The notes: generated by a model from the sequence alone, not told the origin. 64,000 nt of DNA from an uncultured Actinomycetota bacterium (GCA_963720575.1 CAVRGA010000002.1:5149209-5213208); one strand, 5' to 3'; counted from the first letter of the stretch, positions 39,119 through 48,193 are shown. Numbers and translations are program-made.

Positions 39119-39470
39119 ATGACGCTGAAGACCGCCCGGCTCACGATCGACCGCAGCTTGCTCCCGCAAAAATGGGACGGCCTTGGCATCAAGTTCGAGC
39201 GTCGTTCCGTCGTGGCCATCAAGGCCTCCGCCCCGCCCCGTGACCTGGTGCTTGTCAAGCCGGCGGGATCGCTTCTCGCCGCCGGCGATGCGGTGGGCCC
39301 CGAGCCGCGCTGGAACAACATTCTCTGCGGGCCTCAAGGCCATGGACGGCACGGACGCGCAAGGGCAGGGCCAGCTGCTCATCACGGGCCAGCGGATCAT
39401 CGGCATGATCGAGAACGGACAGGTGGCAGGCGGGTCGCCGCTCTCCGATTCCACCGGCAACATATAAAAA
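39119..39470 (+). CDS. Hypothetical small protein; the reading frame appears broken near 39290-39330.
   Basis: Frame A: MTLKTARLTIDRSLLPQKWDGLGIKFERRSVVAIKA…PEPRWNNILCG. Frame B continues plausibly to a stop at 39467: …MDGTDAQGQGQLLITGQRIIGMIENGQVAGGSPLSDSTGNI. Confidence 0.25.
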
Positions 39471-39769
39471 CTGGGCTACTGGCCCGGCGGCGGGAAGAAG
39501 AAGCGCCGCAGGCCGCCGGCCGGCGAGGCGCTGCGCGAGGTCCGGGCAGACGGCTCGACCTTTCTCAAAACGCCCATAACCCCTCAGACGCGCCGCCAGG
39601 GCTGCACGCCCTGATGAGACGGGACTGGCCGGCGAGCACCGTTCTGACCCCGGCCCGCCTGACAGCGGCGTGCGACGATGGCGCCTGATGAGCGGGCCGC
39701 AGGCCAGCGGTTGCGGGCCGGGATGCTCCGCAGGGCGGAGCAAGCTCAGGCCGCCCGGCTAATCGGAGA

Positions 39770-40555
39770 TCATCGGCTGCGGATCTGATTACGCACGGGT
39801 GGCTTGCCGAAGATGGCTTCCTTGGAGGCCTGCGCGAGGGTGGCCTGGGTACTGGCGGGCAGCCCGATCCTGTTCCAGTGGAAGATCACGTGCAAAGCGA
39901 TAACTGCCCGAAGTCCGCAGGTGAGTTCCCCTGTTTCCCGCAGCCTCCGCAGGTCGGTGCCTGCGTTTTCGAATGCTGCGTGCCATTCGCCGGCAGCCCT
40001 GGGGATCCCGGTGAGGAGCAGGCGGGCGCTGGCTGTGAAGTCGTCCCATGCGCGGGCTTCCGAGACTAGGGGGCGGTTGATGTGCTGAGCGCGATAATCG
40101 AGGACTCTTGCCCAGACGTCGCCTTGTTCGTTGAGGTCGAGCGCGGCTGCGCGCATGAGTCCCGTGCAAAGCACGAGCGAGCGTTCCCGCCGGTCAGCCG
40201 GGTCCTGGCGGAGGTAGGTGAGGAGGTGGCGGCTGTCGTGGTGGAACAGCGCATGCGCGCTGGCCATGGCTTCGGTGCCGCCGAACGCGTGGGTCTCAGG
40301 TTCGTAGATATCTGCGGTCCAGCTGACTCCGCAGCCGATCATCCTGGAGGCGAGGCCGGGGTTATCGGGTTCCTTCGCGGGCTGGTATCGGATACGCCAG
40401 GGGCCTTTGCGGATGAACCACCAGGAGGTGATTAGACCGTCGGTTTCAGCGGCGGGAAGCACCTGCGAAAGATGGGCGACAGCGTGATGTTCTTGCCGCT
40501 GGCGTGTGTCGCCGAGCCAGGTGATGTTGATCTGCTGCCAGGGAGTCTCGTCCAC
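39770..40555 (-). CDS. Stand-alone SpaB_C-type (lantibiotic dehydratase C-terminal / thiopeptide-type) elimination-domain protein.
   Basis: WWFIRKGPWRIRYQ and IYEPETHAFGG…LFHHDSR motifs. Proposed GTG start at 40555, 14 nt after the LanC stop. The annotated ORF start (40732) would overlap LanC. Confidence 0.7.
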   Translation of the reverse strand: MDETPWQQINITWLGDTRQRQEHHAVAHLSQVLPAAETDGLITSWWFIRKGPWRIRYQPAKEPDNPGLASRMIGCGVSWTADIYEPETHAFGGTEAMASAHALFHHDSRHLLTYLRQDPADRRERSLVLCTGLMRAAALDLNEQGDVWARVLDYRAQHINRPLVSEARAWDDFTASARLLLTGIPRAAGEWHAAFENAGTDLRRLRETGELTCGLRAVIALHVIFHWNRIGLPASTQATLAQASKEAIFGKPPVRNQIRSR

Positions 40556-40568
40556 GGCTGGCCTTTCG

Positions 40569-41639
40569 TCAGGTGAGGAGCAGGCACGCGTCCCACGAGG
40601 TGGCGGTGGTTCCGGCAGTGGCGAGGTCGGCGCCTGCCGTGCCGTCGAGGAGGCCGGTGATTTCGCCGGGGGCAGCGGGAGCCTGCCGGTGCAGGTCGTG
40701 GAGCGGGGTGAGGGATACCGGGGTGGAGGCATCGCCGGCGATACGGCGGGCGGTGGCGAGGAGCCCAGCGGTGCCGTGGCAGAGGCTGCGGCCGGTCAGG
40801 AGCCCGGTCTGGGATGGGTCGGTGACGCAACTGGCGAATGCGGTCTCGGCGAGGTGCTGGCGGGCGGGGTCGCGCAGGGCCTGCGCGGCGAGTTGCTGGG
40901 CGCGGGCGATGCCGGGGGTGCCGTAGCACCAGGACGGCCTGGGCGGGGTCCGCTGGGCTGACGCGCCGTGGTGCAGCTCGGCGCGGGTAATGGCCTGGGG
41001 CCACCAGGTGATTCCGCCGGTGCCTTGCTGCCAGGTATCCAGCCATTGGCAGATGCGGCCGATCGCGGTGGTGTGGCCGTCGACCGTAATGCGGTCGGTG
41101 CGGGTGAGGGCGAGCAGCGCGAGCGGGCCGGCGATGCCGTGGGCCATGCCGAAGTTAGCGTGGCCTCCGGCGAGCTGCGCGCGTCCTGGTCCGTTCCTGC
41201 ACCACCAGCCCGGCAGTGTGCCGATCGGCTCGGTAAGCCGGACCAGGTACTCCAGGATGTCGCGGAGCAGGTCGTGGTCGCCGAGCCGCCGCGCGGTGAC
41301 GCCGAGTCCGGTCAGGCCCCGGATGAGGTCATATTCAGCGTAGTGCGGCTGCTCGTGCCGGTCGATGCGGCGACGGGCGGCATCGAGCCGCTGGCTGGTG
41401 ACGATGGCTGTGCCCTCGGCGGTGAGCGCCTGTGCGTGCGCGAGTCCGGGGCGGTCGGTAGTGGCGAGTACGAAAGCGATTGCGGGGGCGCCGTAGAAGA
41501 GGCTGGCGCCAGCGCCGATGCTGACACCGCCGGCGGTGGCGCGGCGCAGTGCCTCCTGCGCCGCCGGCCAGTTGCTGGTCTCCAGGTGCAGCAGGGCTAC
41601 CCCGGCCATTCCGTCGGCGAGGGATTGCTCGTTGCTCAT
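40569..41639 (-). CDS. lanC: LanC-like lanthipeptide cyclase.
   Basis: 356 aa. Zinc-ligand motifs SWCYGTPGI and CHGTAGL. GxxG repeats (HANFGMAHGIAG). Confidence 0.85.
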   Translation of the reverse strand: MSNEQSLADGMAGVALLHLETSNWPAAQEALRRATAGGVSIGAGASLFYGAPAIAFVLATTDRPGLAHAQALTAEGTAIVTSQRLDAARRRIDRHEQPHYAEYDLIRGLTGLGVTARRLGDHDLLRDILEYLVRLTEPIGTLPGWWCRNGPGRAQLAGGHANFGMAHGIAGPLALLALTRTDRITVDGHTTAIGRICQWLDTWQQGTGGITWWPQAITRAELHHGASAQRTPPRPSWCYGTPGIARAQQLAAQALRDPARQHLAETAFASCVTDPSQTGLLTGRSLCHGTAGLLATARRIAGDASTPVSLTPLHDLHRQAPAAPGEITGLLDGTAGADLATAGTTATSWDACLLLT

Positions 41640-44429
41640 GGTGCTTGCCGGGCGCGGGCGGTGCGGGCTATGGCGCGGGCCAGGCGCAGGCAGTGCCGTT
41701 CGGAGGCGGGATCGACGCTGATCATGCGGGCGTGGTGCAGGTGGAGCAGGTCAGCGAGAACCTGGTCGGGGTCGAGGCCGTCGCGGCTGGCCAGGGTGCG
41801 GTAGGCGGTCAGTGCTGCGGTGAGCTGTTCGTCGCGGAACGGTATCCGGGCGAGAGTGAGCTGGGCGGGGTTCAGGCGGGGTCCGGTGAGGTGCGTGGTG
41901 CCTGCGAGCCAGCTGAGGCCGTGGCCGGTGAAGCTGTCAGCGATGGTGATCATGCTGGCGGCGGTGGCTGCCTGCCGGTCGCCGGCCAGGCGGTGCAGGA
42001 CGGCGCGGGAATCGGCCGCGAAGACCGCCTCGGCGGCGGCGAGTGCCGCTCCGGTGCCGTGCCGGGTTTCGGGCCGGTAGGGGTGGAGGCTGTAGTCGTG
42101 CGCGGCGGCGTGATCGTGCAGTTCCCGGCCAGGCAGCGAGGTGCCGGGCGGTGTCGGCGAACTGGCCGGGGCGCGGGAGCGGGATGCGCAACCGCAGGTG
42201 GGGCGCGGGGTCGGGATACCGCACGAACCACCAGCCTGAGGGCAGGTGGTCGCCCGGGCGGGTGGCGAGGTCGGCCAGGATGTCGTCGGTCCGGCCGTGC
42301 AGGTGCGCCTCGAGCCAGCGTCCCTGTCCCGGGTGGTACTCGACAGTGCTGGCCGGGCGGGCGGGCCGTGCTGGCCGGGCCGGCTGGGTGCGGGTCAGTG
42401 TGAGCACGATCTCTGCGGGGCGTCCGCCGATCCAGCCGGCCGGACCCGGAGCCTCGGTGATCATGATGCGGGCCTGCCGGCTGAGCTGGCTGCGCAGGAT
42501 GGCGAGGTGAGCGGGCTCGTCGAGGTCCAGCTGCAGTCGCACGTCGTCGTCGCCTTCCAGGACCTCGCGGGGAAGCCGGAGCTGTTCGCGGTGGTGCTGC
42601 CAGGCGTCGCGCCATTGCGGCCAGGTCGCGGTGCGGGCGGGAAGCGCTTCCCGGTCGATGATCCACCGGGCGGGGTGCACGATGCTGCGGCCGTGGCGGA
42701 CTCGGGGCAGGAACGGCAGGCTGCTGGCATGTCCCCAGTCGAACCGGCTGCACGGCGCTGTCCACGCGGTCCAGATCTCGGTCAGGAACCGCATCAGGGG
42801 CTGCTGCAGGGCCGGCAGCAGCACGCTGTTGAGCAGCAGCGGCTCCACGGGCCGCCCGGTGACCTTCGATACCAGCCACAGCCGCTGGCCGTCGCCGGTC
42901 ACCGCCAGGTCCTGCACCGTCCGCTGCGGTACCGGATGGAACTCGCCCAGGGGGAGGACGGGCAGCACCTCGGGCACCCGGGCCACTGCCGTCAGGCGGG
43001 CGTCCAGCGGAGGGCCGGAGAGCTGGACGATATCCGCGCCGGGCAGCGCCGTCGGCAGGTACCGGAAGGCACGCCGGTATGAGGCGAGCTCGGCGGGGGT
43101 CAGCAGGTGCAGGAACCGGCCGGCGGCGACGCCGGCGTGACGTGACCCGCTGAGCACCGTCAGCGTGAACTCTCCCCGGTCCAGGTCTGCCAGGGTGCCG
43201 GCGGCCAGGGTGAACCGCAGGTCGGCGTGCGGGACCGGCGGCCGGCGGTCATCGCCGCGTAAGGCACCGATCAGCGCGTCGTCGAGTATCACCTCGGTGC
43301 CGCCGTTCAGCGCGGACTGCTGGGCGACCTGGCCGAGCAGCCGGTCGCGGGCGGTGAACACCGCTGGGGAGCGCCGGGCGGATCCCCGGTATCCGGCGGG
43401 GTATCCCAGGACGTTCAGCAGATCACGGACCGGCACGGCTGCTCCGGGCCCCCACCGCTCGATGAACGCATGGTGGTACTCGGCCCATCCGGGCATGCCA
43501 GGCGCCACCGCGGTCAGCGCCGACGCAGCCCGGCCCGCCTCACGGAGTACCGCGGGCGGCAGTGTAACGGCGGCGTCGGCACGCAGATCGACTGCGACCC
43601 GGCTGCCGGGGCGCGGCAGGGTGTAGCAGCGAGCCGCGTACCCGGCCGGATCGGTTACGGTCATCGCCGGGCGCAGCTCTGACAGCAGCACCCCCGTCTG
43701 CACCAACCCGGCCAGCAGCTGCTCGGCCGCGGCGGCGTCCGCTGGTCCGGCGATCGTCGCGGCGAGCCCGGCGAACCCGGCCGGCGAGCGCGCTGCATCG
43801 ATGGCGGCCCGGACCGGGCCGGTCAGCCGGACCTCGGCATCCCACCTGCGCTCCCCGTCCGTGCGGGCACAGGGCACCACCCACCGGTCGCCGCGCTGAT
43901 ATCCGAGCGTATTCGTCACCACCGCGACGGTGCGCAAGACATCGAGGTCCGTCTCGGCCCGCGTGGCGTGCTCGGCGATGAACTGGCCGTCGGGACGGGT
44001 GACCAGCTGGTGCTCGTCACCGATACGGACTGCCGCGCGGTCACCGAAGCGGACCGGGGCGATGCCGGCGAAGCTGCCGAACGGCGTCGCGCGGGTGGTC
44101 CATCGCAGCAGGTATCGGATCGCTGACTCGGTCAGCCGGCGCAGCCGCTGCCGGGGCACCGGATCACCGGTCACCGCGCTGCTGATCTGTGCGGCCAGCT
44201 GGGGAGCTGCGGAACTGACGGCCGCCGCGAAGCCAGGCAGCCGCCAGGCGAGGGTCAGCCACTCCTGCCACTGCGCGGGAGCGCCCGAGGCCAGGTCAGG
44301 CCAGGCCGGCAGATCCAGGCCGGCCGGATACGAGGCGGCCCGGATGTGGGCCGTGCCTTCTGCGGGAATCATCGGACGCTCCGGGGAAGCTCGGCCCGGC
44401 GCGCGAGGTACCGGACCCGAGGAGGCCAA
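41636..44429 (-). CDS. lanB: LanB-type class I lanthipeptide dehydratase, full length (glutamylation plus elimination domains). Apparent frame break near 42130.
   Basis: ORF 41937-44429 gives the Lant_dehydr_N-like domain and ends …GWWFVRYPDPAPHLRLR…HLAAW, then Arg/Pro nonsense. A third frame from about 42130 reads …YRPETRHGTGAALAAAEAVFAADSRA…, which continues into ORF 41636-41953 (…VLADLLHLHHARMISVDPASERHCLRLARAIA). This parallels the SpaB_C protein at 39770. ATGA overlap with lanC. Confidence 0.8.
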
Positions 44430-44440
44430 CGGATCGGCCG

Positions 44441-44589
44441 CTATGCGTCGGAGCGGGTCGTGCAGGCCGTCCCGCTCGTGTTGCCTGAGCCGCAGTTGTC
44501 GTCAGTGGTGGTGCTGTGGCCGGTGGCGGCGGCCCGGAGTCAACCAGGCTGACGTCCAGGGTGAACTCCGGGGATCGGGTTTCGCTCAT
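44441..44589 (-). CDS. FxLD-family lanthipeptide precursor (LanA), apparently interrupted by a single-base indel.
   Basis: ATGA overlap with the upstream methyltransferase stop. Leader MSETRSPEFTLDVSLVDS(G) contains F-x-L-D. After a G/C run (about 44520-44545) a different frame reads …ATGHSTTTDDNCGSGNTSGTACTTRSDA-stop (TAG at 44441-44443): a Ser/Thr/Cys-rich core. The in-frame continuation lacks any Cys and runs into lanB. Confidence 0.5.
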
Positions 44590-45845
44590 GGCAATTGCCC
44601 TTCTGGTGCGGGGGTGAAGGTGAGGACAAGACGGCTGTGCCGCTTGTCCAGCACCGTCCCGGGCGGCAGGTCGCCGTCGGGAGTCTTCAGGGGCAGAACA
44701 TGCATCACCGGCGCGGGAGTGCCCGCGTCGACCCAGGCGCGCATCTGGCCGGCCAGTCGGGCGGCCGCCGCCGCGGCATCAGGTCCGTGCGCGCGGGCAC
44801 CGAGGTCGAACATGCGGTCGGTCCAGCGCAGCGCTGACCGGTAGCACAACGTGCCGCCATCAAAGGTGGCGGGCGAGCCGAAACGCCAGCCCGGGGCGAC
44901 GACCCCGGCATCGACGGCCTCCTGCTGGGCCGCCAGGACAGCGAACTGCCCGGTGTCAGCCCCGGGAGCGGCTGCCAGCCACATGTCGAGGTCGGCCAGG
45001 ACAGTCGTGGGCGGCAGGCTCACCCCGGCCCACGCCTGCTCGGAAGACCTGGACAGCAACTCGCCGAGCACCCCGGCATCCATCTGCTGGCCCTCGTCGA
45101 GGCGCAAGTGGACGCCCTCGGCGATGTCGACGTACTGCATCTCGTGAGCACTGGCGCCCCGCACCAGGACAAACCCGCACAGCCGCTGGCTGTGACTGAC
45201 CAGCCGGTCGCCCTCCCGGCTCAGCGCCCACGAACGCGTCATCCCGAACGTCCGCAGCGGCACGACCAGCGTCCCAGTCGCGGCAAGCTGCCCGATCCAG
45301 GCCGGAGGGATATCCCAGGCCCCGGCCGTCACGATAATCACGTCGAAAGAACCATCGCCGGCGATGGGCTGCTCTGCGTCCGTGCACACCACGGTCACGT
45401 CGTCATAGCCGGCTGCCGCCAGGCATGCCGTAGCGCGGCTGGTCACGTCAGGATCGATATCGACCGTCGTCACAGATCCGGACGGGCCGACCAGCTCGCG
45501 GAGCAGCGCCGCGTTATAGCCACCGGAGCCGATCTCCAGCACCTGGCGGCCGCGGAGGCCGCCGTCGCTGGCATCAGCGGCCTGGCCGAGCATCTCCGCG
45601 ATGAGCCACGACGCCGACACCGAGCTGACGGTCTCGTCACCGACTCGCTTGGTGATCACGGCGTGGTCAGTCCGGTACGCCTCTTCCAGCCCGGTACCTG
45701 GGGTAAACAGATGCCGCGGCACCGCCCGCAGCGCCGCCTGCACCTCGGGCCGCATGATCAGCCCCTTGTCCACATGATCAGCGACTAGCTGATCAACCAT
45801 CGCGGTGTGAAAGCCCTCGGCGCTCACCGTGCCGACCGTCATCAT
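44586..45845 (-). CDS. Protein-L-isoaspartate O-methyltransferase-like methyltransferase with C-terminal extension (FxLD-system / OlvSA-type).
   Basis: 419 aa. PIMT core VLEIGSGGYNAALL. About 200-aa C-terminal domain. Immediately upstream of, and coupled to, the precursor gene. Confidence 0.8.
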   Translation of the reverse strand: MMTVGTVSAEGFHTAMVDQLVADHVDKGLIMRPEVQAALRAVPRHLFTPGTGLEEAYRTDHAVITKRVGDETVSSVSASWLIAEMLGQAADASDGGLRGRQVLEIGSGGYNAALLRELVGPSGSVTTVDIDPDVTSRATACLAAAGYDDVTVVCTDAEQPIAGDGSFDVIIVTAGAWDIPPAWIGQLAATGTLVVPLRTFGMTRSWALSREGDRLVSHSQRLCGFVLVRGASAHEMQYVDIAEGVHLRLDEGQQMDAGVLGELLSRSSEQAWAGVSLPPTTVLADLDMWLAAAPGADTGQFAVLAAQQEAVDAGVVAPGWRFGSPATFDGGTLCYRSALRWTDRMFDLGARAHGPDAAAAAARLAGQMRAWVDAGTPAPVMHVLPLKTPDGDLPPGTVLDKRHSRLVLTFTPAPEGQLP

Positions 45846-45871
45846 GTTGCCTTTCGTCCTTGGATGGATGA

Positions 45872-46354
45872 TTACTGACGAGAATGATTACTGACGAGTC
45901 CGTGCTGCTTGCGGAACCCGGCCGCTGCCGCCGGAAATCCCTGCGGTGTTACTTCCTGCGGGCCAGTAGGCGAACGCAGGCCGTCGGCCGCCAGCGGCGG
46001 CCTGATGCCAGGCCGTAATCTGGGCGGCCATCGCGCTCGCGGCCTGGCGGACCGGGGACCCCAGGCACGGGACCCGAATTCGACTCCTGACTCATCTGGC
46101 GTCGGCCGGACGGCGAGGACGGCGACGGAGCCGTCGCGGAAGGCGCCGTAGGGAAACCACGCCTTGAAGCGGGTCGCGGCAAGCTCAGTGCCGTCCTGGG
46201 CGGCGACGCGGCAGAACCCGGGCAGCCACGCGCCGAGCCAGAGGTACAGGTCAGCGAACGACATACGGTGCGCGATCGTGATGCCTGTCCACTCCTCAGC
46301 AGGGCGCGCGGAGCTGGCCGCATCGGCGGGGCCTGAGAGTGTGATGTCGGCCAA
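45872..46354 (-). CDS. Hypothetical protein; the C-terminal half of the ORF reads as low-complexity sequence and its true extent is unclear.
   Basis: First about 105 aa look protein-like (MADITLSGP…FADLYLWLGAWLPGF…VAVLAVRPTPDESGVEF). The remainder is Arg/Pro-rich. Confidence 0.3.
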   Translation of the reverse strand: MADITLSGPADAASSARPAEEWTGITIAHRMSFADLYLWLGAWLPGFCRVAAQDGTELAATRFKAWFPYGAFRDGSVAVLAVRPTPDESGVEFGSRAWGPRSARPRARWPPRLRPGIRPPLAADGLRSPTGPQEVTPQGFPAAAAGFRKQHGLVSNHSRQ

Positions 46355-46668
46355 TTCTGATTACCTTTGCTGCTCTTCGGGCGATGTGGCTGGTAAGCCG
46401 ATCAATGGGATGACGTGCTGCGGAGACTACAGGCCAGGCAGGCGACCGAGTTAACAAGCAGTTAACGTTTCCGGGATCGGAACTGCACGCTACGAAAGAC
46501 GCTGACGACTCTTGATGCTCAAGATCAGCAGGAAAGGTCAGGAGATGGTCACCAGATAAGTAGCACTTTCGCCTGTCATCGCCTCGACGGCGCACGCTCT
46601 CATCCTGGAGCGGTCTTAACTGGTGGTTAAGCTTGCGGTGTGGAAAGCCATGTGATCGATGAGGCCTT

Positions 46669-48171
46669 ATGACAGTGGTCAGCCGCACCTGCGCGCGCTG
46701 TAGTCGACCGCTCAGCCGCTATAACAACGGTGACTATTGCGGTTCCTGCGAAGTATCAGACGATCGCGCGAAGAACGACCGAATTAGTCCTGAAGCGGCG
46801 AGCGAGATCGGCGAGCGGCTGAAAGCTGTCCGGCAGCGGCGAGGCATGACCCTCAGGGTCGTCGCTGGGCTCGCCGGCGTCTCCGCGCCGTACCTGTCGA
46901 TGGTCGAGACCGGCAAGCGCTCCCTGGACAGGTACTCGCTGATCCGCGATCTCGCAGAAGCCCTGCGAGTCCCGGCGAGCGACCTTGCGCCTGAGCTGTC
47001 GGAGGCCAGAGCGAAGCAGAGCCTGCCGGTGCCGCTTGCTGGGCCAGACTGGAACTGGTGTAGTGACCCTCTTATCGACCTAGCCGAGCTGGAGGGCACT
47101 GACTTGCACACTCGCCGTAGAGAACTGCTCACAGGAGCCGCCTGCTCAGCGATGGCCATAGCTCTTCCGGATGCTGCGTGGTGGCGGTCGCAAGAGGCAG
47201 TTCAAGCAGCAGTGCCGAAGGTTCAGGGGAAGACCCACCGAATCGGAGCTGACGACGTGGCGGCCGTCCAGCAGCTGGGCCTCGCTTTCTCCCGGCTCGA
47301 CCAGCTGCGCGGCGGAGGTCACAGCCGAAAAGCCATCGCTCAGTATCTGCATTCAAATGCGGCCACGATGCTGCAAGGCTGTTTCGCGTCCGAACGGGTT
47401 CGCTCGGACATGTTCTCAGCTCTAGGCGAGCTAGCGTATTTGTCAGGATGGATGGCATTCGATAATTACGAGCACATCGTCGCCAGACGATACTTCGTTC
47501 TTGCGCTGAAGCTGGCAGCACGTGCGGCGAACGCGTCGCTGGCTGGGCACATCCTGAGGGCCATGGCTCATCAGGCCCTTGACCTGGGCATGGCGAGTCT
47601 GGGCCTGGATCTAGCCGAGGCCTCGGTGGAGGGCCAGCGATACCGGTCGGCCACTCCGCGAGAACGAGCCTTGCTCGGTGTCGTACATGCCAGGGCGCTG
47701 GCTGCGACCGGGAGCAAAGCGGCTGCGGGCAGAGCGCTGCTTAGGGCAGAGGATGATCTCAGGTGTGCCAGCCCTGGCATCGCGGAACCCTCGCGAACTT
47801 TCTTCTTCGGCGAGGCGTCACTTGCGCACGAGACAGGGCGGACCCTGCTGAGCTGCGGCGATACGCGAAGTGCGATCCGGCAGTTTCAGGACAGTGTGGG
47901 AACCAGGGGTGCGGCGTTCCGGCGGACTCAAGCGGTGACCCTGGGCTACCTCGGTGCCGCGCAGATGACGTCTGGTGATATCGAAGAGGCGTGCGCCACC
48001 TGGAGCCAGGCCCTTGACCTCATCGAGGACGGCGGCATCAAATCCGGGCGTACCCGGCAAACAGCTGCCGACATCCGGCAGATGACCACACCCTTCCGCC
48101 ATAGCCGCCGTATTCCAGTCCTGGCGTCAATGGAGGAACGCGTCTCGGCATATCTCGCGGAGATCGACTAG
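46669..48171 (+). CDS. XRE-family HTH transcriptional regulator with N-terminal Cys4 segment and C-terminal TPR-like domain.
   Basis: CARCSRPLSRYNNGDYCGSC. HTH LRVVAGLAGVSAPYLSMVETGKR. Long alpha-helical C-terminal domain. Confidence 0.75.
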   Translation: MTVVSRTCARCSRPLSRYNNGDYCGSCEVSDDRAKNDRISPEAASEIGERLKAVRQRRGMTLRVVAGLAGVSAPYLSMVETGKRSLDRYSLIRDLAEALRVPASDLAPELSEARAKQSLPVPLAGPDWNWCSDPLIDLAELEGTDLHTRRRELLTGAACSAMAIALPDAAWWRSQEAVQAAVPKVQGKTHRIGADDVAAVQQLGLAFSRLDQLRGGGHSRKAIAQYLHSNAATMLQGCFASERVRSDMFSALGELAYLSGWMAFDNYEHIVARRYFVLALKLAARAANASLAGHILRAMAHQALDLGMASLGLDLAEASVEGQRYRSATPRERALLGVVHARALAATGSKAAAGRALLRAEDDLRCASPGIAEPSRTFFFGEASLAHETGRTLLSCGDTRSAIRQFQDSVGTRGAAFRRTQAVTLGYLGAAQMTSGDIEEACATWSQALDLIEDGGIKSGRTRQTAADIRQMTTPFRHSRRIPVLASMEERVSAYLAEID

Positions 48172-48193
48172 CCTCCCCCGGGAAGGAACCGAA

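Noticed and set aside
39770-40732. Annotated 320-aa extent of the SpaB_C ORF.
   Set aside because: The first about 59 residues (Pro/Ser-rich) would overlap the LanC coding region by 164 nt. An in-frame GTG at 40555, 14 nt after the lanC stop, gives a protein starting at the conserved domain.
41636-41953. 105-aa ORF as an N-terminal extension of LanC or an independent small gene.
   Set aside because: Its sequence parallels the C-terminal end of the SpaB_C elimination domain. It is contiguous, in a third frame, with the elimination-domain start at the end of lanB. It is the LanB C-terminus.
44296-44589. 97-aa in-frame reading of the precursor ORF.
   Set aside because: Beyond the leader the in-frame translation is Pro/Ala/Arg-rich and has no Cys. 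It runs 130 nt into lanB. The alternative frame gives a Cys/Ser/Thr core with a stop just before lanB, so the long reading is rejected.
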